This document shows, one piece after another, positions 21,219 through 29,991 of a DNA stretch of 64,000 bases; the first letter of the stretch is position 1, and each line of letters starts with the position of its first letter. Location of the stretch: the NCBI GenBank assembly GCA_963842185.1, contig CAWJFL010000022.1, positions 15,642-79,641 of the forward strand, given 5' to 3'. This DNA comes from an uncultured Verrucomicrobiae bacterium (GTDB lineage Bacteria; Verrucomicrobiota; Verrucomicrobiia; Palsa-1439). The notes under the pieces are model-generated. The model saw only the letters and a list, made by a program, of their open reading frames with translations. It searched no databases and was not told where the DNA came from. A program made the position numbers and the translations under genes.

Positions 21219-22143
21219 CTGGAAGGTGCTGGACCGACTGCGGTCCGCATTTCTGGACGGAACGGCGGGCGCGCAGGACTACTGGCGCAACGACCGCGAC
21301 CTGGAGAGCTACGATGAAACATTTGGCCAGCGCATTCGCTGGAAGTGGGACTATGTCCTGAAGGAACTCCAGCGGCGCGGCTGGGAGCCACCTCCGGGAG
21401 AGGCGGTTGACTGGGGATGCGGAAGCGGGATTGCCACGCGATCCTTTCTCGAACACTTCGGAGCGGAACCCCCATCGAAGCTGGTTCTTTGGGACCGATC
21501 TCCCGTGGCCATGCAGTTCGCCGCACGCAAAGTGCGAGAAGAATTCCCCAGCATCAGCGTATGGCTGGACCGCCCCGCCGACCACGATTTCGGCATGCTC
21601 CTCATCAGCCACGTTCTCACGGAGTTGTCGGATGAGCAGGTCCAGGAGCTGCTCGGTCTGGCCGTGCATGCGACGAGCGTGATTTGGGTCGAACCGGGCA
21701 CGTACGACGTGAGCCGACGGTTGATTGCCGCGCGCGAGCATCTACATGGTGTGTTTCAAGTCGTCTCTCCCTGCACGCATCAGGCCGCTTGCGGGATGCT
21801 CACGCCCGAAAACGAACGTCACTGGTGCCACCATTTCGCGCCGTCGCCACCAGAGGCTTACACGGACGGAAATTGGGCGAGGTTCGCGAATCTCGCGGGC
21901 GTGGACCTTCGGAGCTTACCCGTCAGTTTTCTTGTTCTGGATAAGAGACCACAGCCGACCCAATCCGATGCGGCTCGTGTCATTGGGCGTCCGCGCGTTT
22001 ACAAGGCCCACGCCTTGGTGCTCGGCTGCGATGTGAGCGGGATCAACGAACATCGGCTTACCAAGCGCAACCAACCCGAAGAATTTCGCCGCTTGAAGAA
22101 GGGCGACATCCCGGCCCATCTGCCGCGTCGCAGCGACGGCTAG
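21199..22143 (+). CDS. Rsm22/METTL17-like methyltransferase-fold protein
   Basis: VDWGCGSG, SHVLTEL, WVEPGT, SPCTHQAAC...WCHHF; overlaps the upstream gene. Confidence 0.78.
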   Translation: MDWQTIDWKVLDRLRSAFLDGTAGAQDYWRNDRDLESYDETFGQRIRWKWDYVLKELQRRGWEPPPGEAVDWGCGSGIATRSFLEHFGAEPPSKLVLWDRSPVAMQFAARKVREEFPSISVWLDRPADHDFGMLLISHVLTELSDEQVQELLGLAVHATSVIWVEPGTYDVSRRLIAAREHLHGVFQVVSPCTHQAACGMLTPENERHWCHHFAPSPPEAYTDGNWARFANLAGVDLRSLPVSFLVLDKRPQPTQSDAARVIGRPRVYKAHALVLGCDVSGINEHRLTKRNQPEEFRRLKKGDIPAHLPRRSDG

Positions 22144-22169
22144 CCGACGGGGAGACCTCACCTCCAAAG

Positions 22170-22202
22170 AAAAACCCCCGGCAACTTGCGTTGCCAGGGG
22201 TC
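22170..22202 (-). terminator. Intrinsic terminator of the cold-shock gene
   Basis: Minus strand CCCCTGGCAAC-GCAA-GTTGCCGGGGG followed by TTTTTCTTT. Confidence 0.8.
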
Positions 22203-22223
22203 TGTGTTGTCTGGAATTCTAAT

Positions 22224-22424
22224 CTATTTTGCCACGACGTTGGACGCCTTCGGTCCCTTGGGGGAATCAACCAGCTCAAACTCCACTGTTTGCCCTTCCT
22301 CCAGGTTCTTGAAGCCGTTGCCAGAAATGCTCGTGTAATGCACGAACACATCGGGGCCACCCTCCTGTTGAATGAATCCAAAACCCTTCTTCGTATCGAA
22401 CCACTTCACTTTTCCAGATGCCAT
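22224..22424 (-). CDS. csp: Cold-shock protein (CspA family)
   Basis: [15 protein letters not shown] (RNP1), DVFVHYTSI (RNP2), 66 aa. Confidence 0.97.
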   Translation of the reverse strand: MASGKVKWFDTKKGFGFIQQEGGPDVFVHYTSISGNGFKNLEEGQTVEFELVDSPKGPKASNVVAK

Positions 22425-22520
22425 AGCGTCTCCATCCACCTTTCTTCGTTCAGTCCTGTATGGCAAGACGCCGTTCCGATAGCCTCGGAACGGCGGTGCA
22501 CTTCCAAAGACTTCGCGCGC

Positions 22521-22548
22521 AGTATAAAAGAACTCTTGCCCTTGTCAA
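22521..22548 (-). promoter_or_regulatory. Sigma70-like promoter of csp
   Basis: Minus strand TTGACA-N16-TATACT, about 95 nt before the start codon. Confidence 0.75.
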
Positions 22549-22860
22549 CGCTGTAGTTGGAGCCAATCCAAGCACCTGCGGAAACGCCTCTTACACTCCG
22601 TATTCTGCTGTTCTCAAGCCAGTTACATCGCAAACGCCATCCGAAAATCGCGCCGCATCCAGCACATTGTGGCTCCCCACTCGTCGCCAGCGCAATACCT
22701 CGTGTACTGGCTGGTTCTCAACGATGTTTCGACCGCCATCAATCCGACACCAAACCGCAAAAACGGGCACCAAATCAGTGCAAAAATAGAAAACGAGCAG
22801 CCTGCGTCCGAAATTGGCCACCCCAGTTGGCATCTCAGTTGCTCTTTCATCCACAAACCT

Positions 22861-23277
22861 ATGGATTTCAAGCCTCAACCCGACACGGCCGTCCGGCCGT
22901 CCGACGCCATTGAATTCAAGGCCCTTCTCCTCGTCGATGACGACAAGCAGTTGGCCTCCGCATTGCAATGGATCCTCGCCGACGAAAACTTCCTCGTCGA
23001 TGTCGCCAATGATGGTGACGAGGCGCTCATGAAGGTGAAAGCCAACGAGTACGACGCCGTCGTCTGTGACGTGATGATGCCGAAACTGCGCGGCGACGAA
23101 TTCTACCTCCAAGCCCGCGAAATGCGGCCCGTCCTCGCCGACCGCTTCATCTTCATCACGGGCTTTGCCGCCGACCCCAAGATCAATCTGTTCCTCACCC
23201 AGACCGATTCGAAGTACCTCATGAAGCCGTTCCCCATCCAGCACCTCATCAACTGCCTCAAAGAATTGCTCGAATAG
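22861..23277 (+). CDS. Stand-alone response regulator receiver (CheY-like)
   Basis: LLVDDD, VCDVMMP, FITG, YLMKPF. Confidence 0.9.
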   Translation: MDFKPQPDTAVRPSDAIEFKALLLVDDDKQLASALQWILADENFLVDVANDGDEALMKVKANEYDAVVCDVMMPKLRGDEFYLQAREMRPVLADRFIFITGFAADPKINLFLTQTDSKYLMKPFPIQHLINCLKELLE

Positions 23278-23283
23278 TCCGCG

Positions 23284-24547
23284 TCACACCAGCCACGACG
23301 GAATCGTCTCGCCCGAAATCAGGTCCTTGACCGACTCACGCCGCCGCACCAGTTCGTACCGGCTCCCGTTCACCATCACTTCCGCTGGACGCGGTCGCGC
23401 ATTGTAGTTCGACGCCATCGCCATGCCGTACGCTCCCGCGCTCATCACGGCCAAGAGCGCGTCCTCTTCCACCGCCGCCAGACGCCGGCCCTGCGCCAAA
23501 AAATCACCGGACTCGCAGACCGGCCCGACGACGTCCGCCGTGATTCTCCGGCGCGCCGATTTGGCCGCCACGGGTATGATCTCGTGGTAGCTCCCGTACA
23601 ACGACGGACGAATCAGATCGTTCATCGCCGCGTCGACGATCACAAACCGCTTCACCGGCGTTCGTTTAATGTGCACCACTCGCGTCACCAGCACGCCGCC
23701 GTTCCCAACGATGAATCGTCCCGGCTCCAGCAATATCCGCAGTCCCAGGTTCTTCACCTGTGGCATGACCGCGCCGGGCAAATTCAACCGCCGTCGGCGG
23801 ACGTTCGTCCCGATACCGAATGCCCAGCCCGCCGCCCATGTCAAACGATTGCAGCGTGCGCGGCGCGATCTCGCGCACCTGCTCGATCAGCGGCGCGATC
23901 TTTCGGATCGCCAGCACGAACGGCGCGGTCCGGGTAATTTGCGAGCCGATGTGCATCTGGACCCCGCGGATTTCGATCCCATCCAGCCGAGCCGCCCGGC
24001 GATACACATCCAGCGCCTCGCGCAGCGAAATCCCGAACTTGCTTTCGTGTTTGCCCGTCGAGATGTAGTGGTGCGTGTCCGGGTCAACTCCCGGGTTCAC
24101 GCGGATCGCAATCGGCGCGCGCCGACCCATGCGTCGCGCCACCTCGGAAATCCGCCGCAACTCCGGCTCGCTTTCCACGTTGAACATGTGGATGCCCAGC
24201 TTCAACGCGTACTCGATCTCGTCCCGCGTTTTGCCCACGCCCGAGAACACGCATTTCCGTGGATCACCGCCGGCTTGCGCCACGCGGTAAAGTTCGCCGC
24301 CGCTCACAATGTCAAAACCGGTTCCCGACTGCGCCAGCGCGCGGAGCACCGCCACGTTGCTGTTGGCTTTGACCGCAAAACATATCAGGTGATCGAGCGG
24401 GCGCAGAGACCGGTTCAGATCGTCGCATTGCCCGGTGATGTGTCCCTGGCTGTACACGTACAACGGCGTGCCGAATTCCCCGGCGAGCCGACGTAGCGGC
24501 ACACCCTCGCAACACAATTCACCTTTACGGTATGGGAATGCGTTCAT
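23284..24547 (-). CDS. lysA: Diaminopimelate decarboxylase, with one +1 frameshift (~23777) in the assembly
   Basis: FAVKANSN, DIVSGGEL, ESKFGI, MHIGSQ, DMGGGLG, LEPGRFIV, VVGPVCESGD, GAYG.AMASNYN. Confidence 0.93.
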
Positions 24548-24802
24548 GGCCAGACTGAGCTTACCAACAACCTCTTACACCCGCAACATCAGAGCCATCT
24601 CGTAGCTGAGGCCCAACGCGCTGGAATGCCATTTTTCGCATCTAAAACCCACTCCACAACCCAGGAATCGGGTCCAAACACGCCAAACAAAGCCAAGTGA
24701 CAAAATGGCACACTCGCATCCATAACCAATTGTTCATCAAGCTAATCCACACATCACAGCACTCCGAAAAATTGGCTTTGTTTTGCCGATTTAACATTTG
24801 CT

Positions 24803-24967
24803 GGGCCCTACCTCCCCTCAGCGCGGTTGAAGGGGAGCCGTGGCGCCTGCCCCGACATCCCATGTCGGGGTGAACCGGGCGTCCGCTGAACGGCCGCCGT
24901 ATCCCTATTTCGAAGAACCATCTACACAACACGGCCCGTAATATCGGAACACCGATACACCAGTCAA
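24803..24967. other. Structured non-coding segment, candidate small RNA
   Basis: Nested stems: GGGCC/GGCCC, GCCGT/ACGGC, CCCCGACAT/ATGTCGGGG, CTCCCCT/AGGGGAG; no credible ORF; family not recognised. Confidence 0.4.
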
Positions 24968-25208
24968 GCCCATTTATCGATCTTGCCCGCCGTTGTAGCT
25001 GCGCTTTTTACCCCGATTCCGAGATCGGGGCTGTGAAGCGCAGGCCGTGCGCTCTTCCCACACGGCAGCCTCCCGAGCCGACCCCGGAGACTTGCATCAT
25101 CGGCCATGGAGGCCTACGTTATCATAGGTGGTAGAGGATGGACCTGACAGCGTAGCGGCCGGTTGGATTGACAACCAGTCTCAACTCCCGCCGCCGGGAA
25201 AGGTCGAT

Positions 25209-25517
25209 ATGGTAGCGATCAGCAGTATAAGCCAGCAGACGTTCCGCCAGTTGGTGTCAGCCGCTACAGCTTCGGAGATTGCCCTCGGAATCGAGGCCGA
25301 ATGGTTTGCCGACCGCGACGAAAGCATTCTTGGCGCCGTCGGATTCGGCGGGCGATTCAAGGGCTGGGGGTACGCGATGCTCAAGCGCGACACCCCCGAC
25401 GGCTTCCGCGTCTGTGTGCGGCAGGACCACTTCGCCACGCGCCACACCGCCAGAATCATGTTGCTCCGTCAAATGGCGGGGACCGAAACCGTCCCAGCCG
25501 AACCGCTGGCCGCGTAG
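25209..25517 (+). CDS. Hypothetical protein
   Basis: About 102 aa with GGAAAAGG upstream; start uncertain (ORF can extend to 25128). Confidence 0.55.
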   Translation: MVAISSISQQTFRQLVSAATASEIALGIEAEWFADRDESILGAVGFGGRFKGWGYAMLKRDTPDGFRVCVRQDHFATRHTARIMLLRQMAGTETVPAEPLAA

Positions 25518-25629
25518 GCAGGCCGAGTTGCGAAAATGGACGTTTTTTGGCACTGTCCTGTCGGTTCGTTGTATCCGCCATTCATAATCGCGGGCCGTCC
25601 GTCCGTCTTGCCTTCTCCTGTAGGCGTGG

Positions 25630-25721
25630 CCGCAATTCACGCCGAATCGCGCCGCCTGCCCTGAGCTTGTCGAACGGGCCACCTCGCGCATCTCTTTCGT
25701 CAGCGTGAATCGACCGCACAT
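25630..25721 (-). pseudogene. 5' fragment of an SOS-response-associated peptidase (SRAP) with an in-frame REP insertion
   Basis: MCGRFTLTKEMREVA[RSTSSGQA]ARFGV; MCGRF is the SRAP N-terminal signature and similarity ends after about 30 codons. Confidence 0.55.
25654..25679 (-). repeat. REP-like element GCCCGTTCGACAAGCTCAGGGCAGGC
   Basis: TTCGACAAGCTCAGG core (reads PFDKLRA / STSSG), a motif I recall from dispersed bacterial repeats. Confidence 0.6.
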
Positions 25722-25858
25722 GCCACCTTAAGAATACCCGCGCAGCAGTTTCACGGCAACCTGCTTTCGGTACGCAAGAAGCGTGGAAGGCAGATCGGCT
25801 ACGTGCCTTCGCTAGCGTCCGATTGCTGGTTCTTGCGGTGGGTGTTACTATCCGAGAC

Positions 25859-26191
25859 ATGAAGACGGACGTGATCTTTCTTGGGGCAGGCGCATCTGTG
25901 GGCGCCGGATTTCCAGACAATCGTGAGCTGGTCAACTACATCATCGACAAGCTGGAATTGCCGTCTAACGCGGCCGTTCTTGAGCCCCTAATAGAGAAGC
26001 TTCATAAGCGACGAGGCCTCTGTTTATCCCAGTAACGATCTAAGCGCGTTCAGCGATATATGGCAGCATGGATTGATGGCCTTTCCAATGATTGATTTCC
26101 CGTGGGAGCCCGACGCGGTGGTTTCGAAGAACCACCGCAATCAGCCCAGTAGACGGATAGACGTAGTCGACGCGGTCACCGCTTTCCTATT
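25859..26191 (+). pseudogene. SIR2-like gene remnant, frameshifted and interrupted by the IS1595 element
   Basis: MKTDVIFLGAGASVGAGFP..ELV sirtuin start; stop at 26035; an adjacent frame stays open up to the insertion site. Confidence 0.55.
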
Positions 26192-26204
26192 CGGAATTAT
26201 GCAC

Positions 26205-26233
26205 TTGACAAAACGGCCTACCGCCTGTAGTGT
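26205..26233 (+). promoter_or_regulatory. Transposase promoter overlapping the left IR
   Basis: TTGACA-N17-TAGTGT; the GTG start is 7 nt after the -10. Confidence 0.6.
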
Positions 26234-26239
26234 AGGGGC

Positions 26240-27217
26240 GTGAAGAATGGAAGGAACGGAAACAACGCCAACCCGGCCCGGTCGCAGAAGGGGCAAGGAG
26301 TGCCGAATCTCAGCGAAGATGAGGCTCGTGAGCATCTGGAGGGCTTGCTCTGGCCCGGCGGCGTTGCTGTTTGCCCCCATTGCAACGGCACGGATGCGTA
26401 TCGGCTGACCGGACCGGGAGTGCGGCCCGGTGTTCGCCAGTGCCGAGCCTGCGTGAAACAATTCACGGTCACGGTCGGAACGATTTTTGAGGACAGCCAC
26501 ATTCCACTATCGAAATGGGTGCAGGCGTTTCACATGATGGCGTCCAGCAAGAAGGGTATCAGCGCGTCACAGCTACAGCGCAACTTGGGCTTTGGCTCCT
26601 ATCGAACGGCATGGCACATGGCGCATCGAATCCGGCTAGCGATGCAGTGCGAGCCGTTCGCGGCGGCGTTGCAGGGCGAAATTGAAGTCGATGAATGTTA
26701 CGTCGGTGGAAAACCACGGCCCGGCGACGGCAAGGTTCACAAGAAAGGTCGGGGCACATCGAAAACCCCGGTGGTAGCATTGGTGCAACGTGACGGGCCA
26801 TCCCGAACAAGAGTGGTCGAACGAGTCAACTCCAAGACGTTGCACGCGGCGATCAAAGAGAACGTAGCGAAGCCATCCATCATCGTGACAGACGAATTCC
26901 TACCGTATCAGGGAATCGGCAAGCACTACGATGGCGCACACTTCACTGTGAATCACGGAATAGGACAGTACGCGAACGGGCCGATTCACACAAACACAGC
27001 GGAAAGTTTTTTCGCGCTGCTCAAAAGAGGCGTTCACGGCACGTTCCATCACGTTTCCAAGAAGCACTTGTCCCGGTACTGCGACGAATTCTCCTACCGA
27101 TGGGACACGCGCAAGGAGCCGGATAGTGATCGCAGGGACAAGGCGCTCAGACAGAGCAAGGGCAAGCGGTTGACGTACTACCGGCTGCGGAATTCCAATC
27201 GACCGAGCAAAGCTTGA
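26240..27217 (+). CDS. tnp: IS1595-family (ISXO2-like) transposase
   Basis: Zn ribbon CPHC...CRAC, HTH KKGISASQLQRNLG..SYRTAW, EVDECYVGG, IVTDEF, HTNTAESFF, YCDEFSYR. Confidence 0.95.
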   Translation: MKNGRNGNNANPARSQKGQGVPNLSEDEAREHLEGLLWPGGVAVCPHCNGTDAYRLTGPGVRPGVRQCRACVKQFTVTVGTIFEDSHIPLSKWVQAFHMMASSKKGISASQLQRNLGFGSYRTAWHMAHRIRLAMQCEPFAAALQGEIEVDECYVGGKPRPGDGKVHKKGRGTSKTPVVALVQRDGPSRTRVVERVNSKTLHAAIKENVAKPSIIVTDEFLPYQGIGKHYDGAHFTVNHGIGQYANGPIHTNTAESFFALLKRGVHGTFHHVSKKHLSRYCDEFSYRWDTRKEPDSDRRDKALRQSKGKRLTYYRLRNSNRPSKA

Positions 27218-27275
27218 GTCCCGGTCATACTGGTGCTACAGAACCACCTGATGACATGTGCCTGTGGACAAAACG

Positions 27276-27752
27276 CTACTGACGCTGCGAAAAAAATTCC
27301 GGCGGCAGGTCCGGCGGCGTCGCATCCTCGAAAGCAACTTTCTGCGCCCGCCACCTATCGCGACCTCCGTCGTGCCACTGTTGACGGAGCAGACGGCCTA
27401 GCCATGCTTGTGGGGAAGAACGGGATGCTTCTTGTGCAAATAATCGGGTCAACTCAGTTTTTTGACCCGGAGAATAAATTGAAGCCCGCAGGCTTAACAG
27501 TCGCACGAATACTAGCTCGCGGACTTGCGGAGTTAAATCTGGCCATTTTTTATTTGCTGCAAAGGAGTCACAGGCTTCATCTACTTTTGTGCACAAAGAG
27601 CTTTCCTGCACAATCATGGCAGCGTGAATGGATGCAGAGCTTAACGGAGCCATCTGATTAACCATCCTACGCTCCACAGGGATTTTGCGTTCGATGCTTT
27701 CGGTTTGGTTTTGCAACTCCAATTCAAGCGCCATGAAGTCCATGAGAGCCAT
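27276..27752 (-). CDS. Hypothetical IS passenger protein
   Basis: 158-aa helical-looking ORF convergent on tnp. Confidence 0.55.
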   Translation of the reverse strand: MALMDFMALELELQNQTESIERKIPVERRMVNQMAPLSSASIHAAMIVQESSLCTKVDEACDSFAANKKWPDLTPQVRELVFVRLLSLRASIYSPGQKTELTRLFAQEASRSSPQAWLGRLLRQQWHDGGRDRWRAQKVAFEDATPPDLPPEFFSQRQ

Positions 27753-27833
27753 GCTGCGACAGGGCAAAACCTCATGTCAATGCGAATCGCATATCCTGTT
27801 TGAACGCCGACCCGCCAACTCACGGCGGGTGAG

Positions 27834-28136
27834 TCAATGGCCCGTGCGGGCCGGTGTGCTATCGGCCTTCACCGGCTGTTTGGATTTTTCCCCATCGGCC
27901 TGCCGGACCAGTTGAATCACTGGTGCGATTCCCGGCGGGGCGAATTCACGTCCGCAACAGTAGCAGCGCATTTGCGCCATACGGTTTTGAGCGCTGCAAT
28001 GCGGACAGTTCTTGAGGCGCGGTTTTGGGTGTCTGGAAAGGCACCACATGAGAAACATCGGGCCAAGCCCGAAGATCGCGACTAGAAGCACCAGCCCAAG
28101 AATGTCTTTACTGCTCAGGACGTATGGATTTGCCAT
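27834..28136 (-). CDS. Membrane-anchored double zinc-ribbon protein (IS passenger)
   Basis: TM helix ILGLVLLVAIFGLGPMFLMW followed by CPHC...RCYCCG. Confidence 0.7.
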   Translation of the reverse strand: MANPYVLSSKDILGLVLLVAIFGLGPMFLMWCLSRHPKPRLKNCPHCSAQNRMAQMRCYCCGREFAPPGIAPVIQLVRQADGEKSKQPVKADSTPARTGH

Positions 28137-28504
28137 GGCTACTTTCTGCGTTAGAAAGACAGCGCGACGTGGCGCTCCGGTGTGACGGGCGCATTTGTGT
28201 CACTACCGCGTCAGCGTTGCAAGAAGTTTGTTGCGCTTGATTCAGCCAGTCGCATTTCCTACACTGCGCGACAGGAGAACCATATCGAGAGACCTTAATC
28301 GCTAAACAATTCCGCGTAGCTTCGGCTGCTGTCATCACGAAACTAGGAACTTCGGCACCAACGACACAGCGCATCGAGGCACGCCCCGCGCAAGGGGTGT
28401 GCTGAAATCGCTTCGTTGGTGGGCATCCTAGTGCCTGTGATGGGGTGAGAGTAAGTGCGCCCCCTTTTTTGTGACTGGCTCCCGTGCGACGCGACAAGGG
28501 AGCC

Positions 28505-29233
28505 ATGAAACGAATACCGCCAATTGTCGTTATGCTGCTTTTGTTTGCCGTCCCTTCCTTTGGTCAGACCGACGAGCCAGCCGGTCCGAAAATCTGGAGT
28601 CCATCTGAGCAACGCTGGGTGCAATGGGAATCGTCTCACCATACGAATTCGACGGCGAAGAGTGAATCAATCGCTCCGCAGGAGGGGCAGCTATACGCTT
28701 CATTTGGTCCAGCCGTTGTGGTTGGTAGAGGGGAGTTTCCCGACCTTGCCGGATTCAAGAATAGCACCGTCACTCGTTATGGCGGATACGGCAGCATTGA
28801 GCGTTTCGTCACACGGTCGGTCTCGCTGCAAGGGTCAGTAGCCGGAATCTCGGAGGCAGTGGAAGCTACCGATGGCGGATTCCATGCAAGTGCCACGGCG
28901 TATCAAGTTGGACTGGACGGGAAGTTGTATCCACTTCAGCTTGGCAGACCGAATCAATGCAGAGCGCAACCATATATCATAGCCGGAATTGCCGGTCTTT
29001 TCTTTGACGTGAGCAACAATGGCGGCGTGTCGGCCAGCATCGACCCGATGGCGATTGGTGAGGCAGGTGTCGGAACGGATATTCTGATTTCCTACCAATG
29101 GGCGGTGATGATTGACGCGATGTACTATCACAGCCTTGCAAACTCTGATGCGAGGGTATCCGGGGTGGGTTCCACGCCGCTAGAATTGAGCGGTGTGGCA
29201 GTGAGAGTCGGAGCGCGTTTCCGATTCTGGTGA
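28505..29233 (+). CDS. Outer-membrane beta-barrel protein, OmpA/OmpW-like (IS passenger)
   Basis: Signal peptide MKRIPPIVVMLLLFAVPSFG; amphipathic strands (QPYIIAGIAGLFF, GEAGVGTDI); aromatic C-terminus VGARFRFW. Confidence 0.8.
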   Translation: MKRIPPIVVMLLLFAVPSFGQTDEPAGPKIWSPSEQRWVQWESSHHTNSTAKSESIAPQEGQLYASFGPAVVVGRGEFPDLAGFKNSTVTRYGGYGSIERFVTRSVSLQGSVAGISEAVEATDGGFHASATAYQVGLDGKLYPLQLGRPNQCRAQPYIIAGIAGLFFDVSNNGGVSASIDPMAIGEAGVGTDILISYQWAVMIDAMYYHSLANSDARVSGVGSTPLELSGVAVRVGARFRFW

Positions 29234-29312
29234 TTGACTTCCATACAAGAGTAGCTGGAAAATATATGCGATTCGCATTATGGTGACGTGGACAACAAAG
29301 GTGGGGTACAAC

Positions 29313-29483
29313 ATGGCAAATCAAACTCGTAAATCTCATCCCGGTCGCGGTGGTCTTAGAGTATCAGTCAGCCCGCTGACCGGCGATCAAGCACTAGCAG
29401 CAGCATTGCGGGTCCGGCCTGCCGATTTGAAGCGAGCGGAGCAGGCCGAGAAGCAACGCAACGGCAAACGCAACGGCTCCTAG
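29313..29483 (+). CDS. Small basic protein (IS passenger)
   Basis: MANQTRK...VSPLTGDQALAAALRVRP, 56 aa. Confidence 0.45.
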   Translation: MANQTRKSHPGRGGLRVSVSPLTGDQALAAALRVRPADLKRAEQAEKQRNGKRNGS

Positions 29484-29610
29484 ATTTCTTAGCGGGGGCC
29501 TGTCGGGTTCGCCGCACCAGTGACACTAAATGGTTTGGGTGGATTCGGCGGGCCTTCCGCGTTTTTACCGGCTTGCCTCATAATGCGAGTCACATCATTA
29601 TCAAAGAGCC

Positions 29611-29991
29611 ATGAGCGAGGACGATGACGCAAGAAAACTCTCTGACGAAGAAATCGACCGGAGAATCCTAAACGCCGACTACAATACTAGGTGGTGGCAA
29701 GCACTCGACCATGAGCGCAAACGCAGGCAGCACGACAAACACCTTGAACAACTACGGACGATGGAAACCCGTCTGGCCCGGCCCCACTGGACGACTACTC
29801 CGGGATTTTGGGTTGCCGTGGTAGCTGCGATATTTGCCGCGATTGCGGCATGGCCCGTAATCCGAGAATGGTTTCAATGCGCTCCATCCGCGAGTACAGA
29901 CGACAGTTTCCAACAGCCACAATTGCATTCAGCGCCAGCGATACCACCAACGCAGCAAATGTCCCAACCCGTACCGCCCGCTCGTCCGTAG
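29611..29991 (+). CDS. Hypothetical single-TM protein (IS passenger)
   Basis: Charged N-terminus, TM GFWVAVVAAIFAAIAAW, Pro/Gln tail. Confidence 0.55.
   Translation: MSEDDDARKLSDEEIDRRILNADYNTRWWQALDHERKRRQHDKHLEQLRTMETRLARPHWTTTPGFWVAVVAAIFAAIAAWPVIREWFQCAPSASTDDSFQQPQLHSAPAIPPTQQMSQPVPPARP

Noticed and set aside
24548-25130. Lysine riboswitch upstream of lysA; SRP, RNase P or fluoride riboswitch
   Set aside because: Their conserved sequence signatures were not found on either strand
27233-27661. Plus-strand ORF after the transposase
   Set aside because: Overlaps the more protein-like minus-strand ORF 27276-27752 and has no recognisable motif
28108-28506. Minus-strand 132-aa ORF with CRKC motif in the IS cargo
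   Set aside because: Weak coding signal and no clear start; may be a zinc-ribbon remnant but cannot be supported
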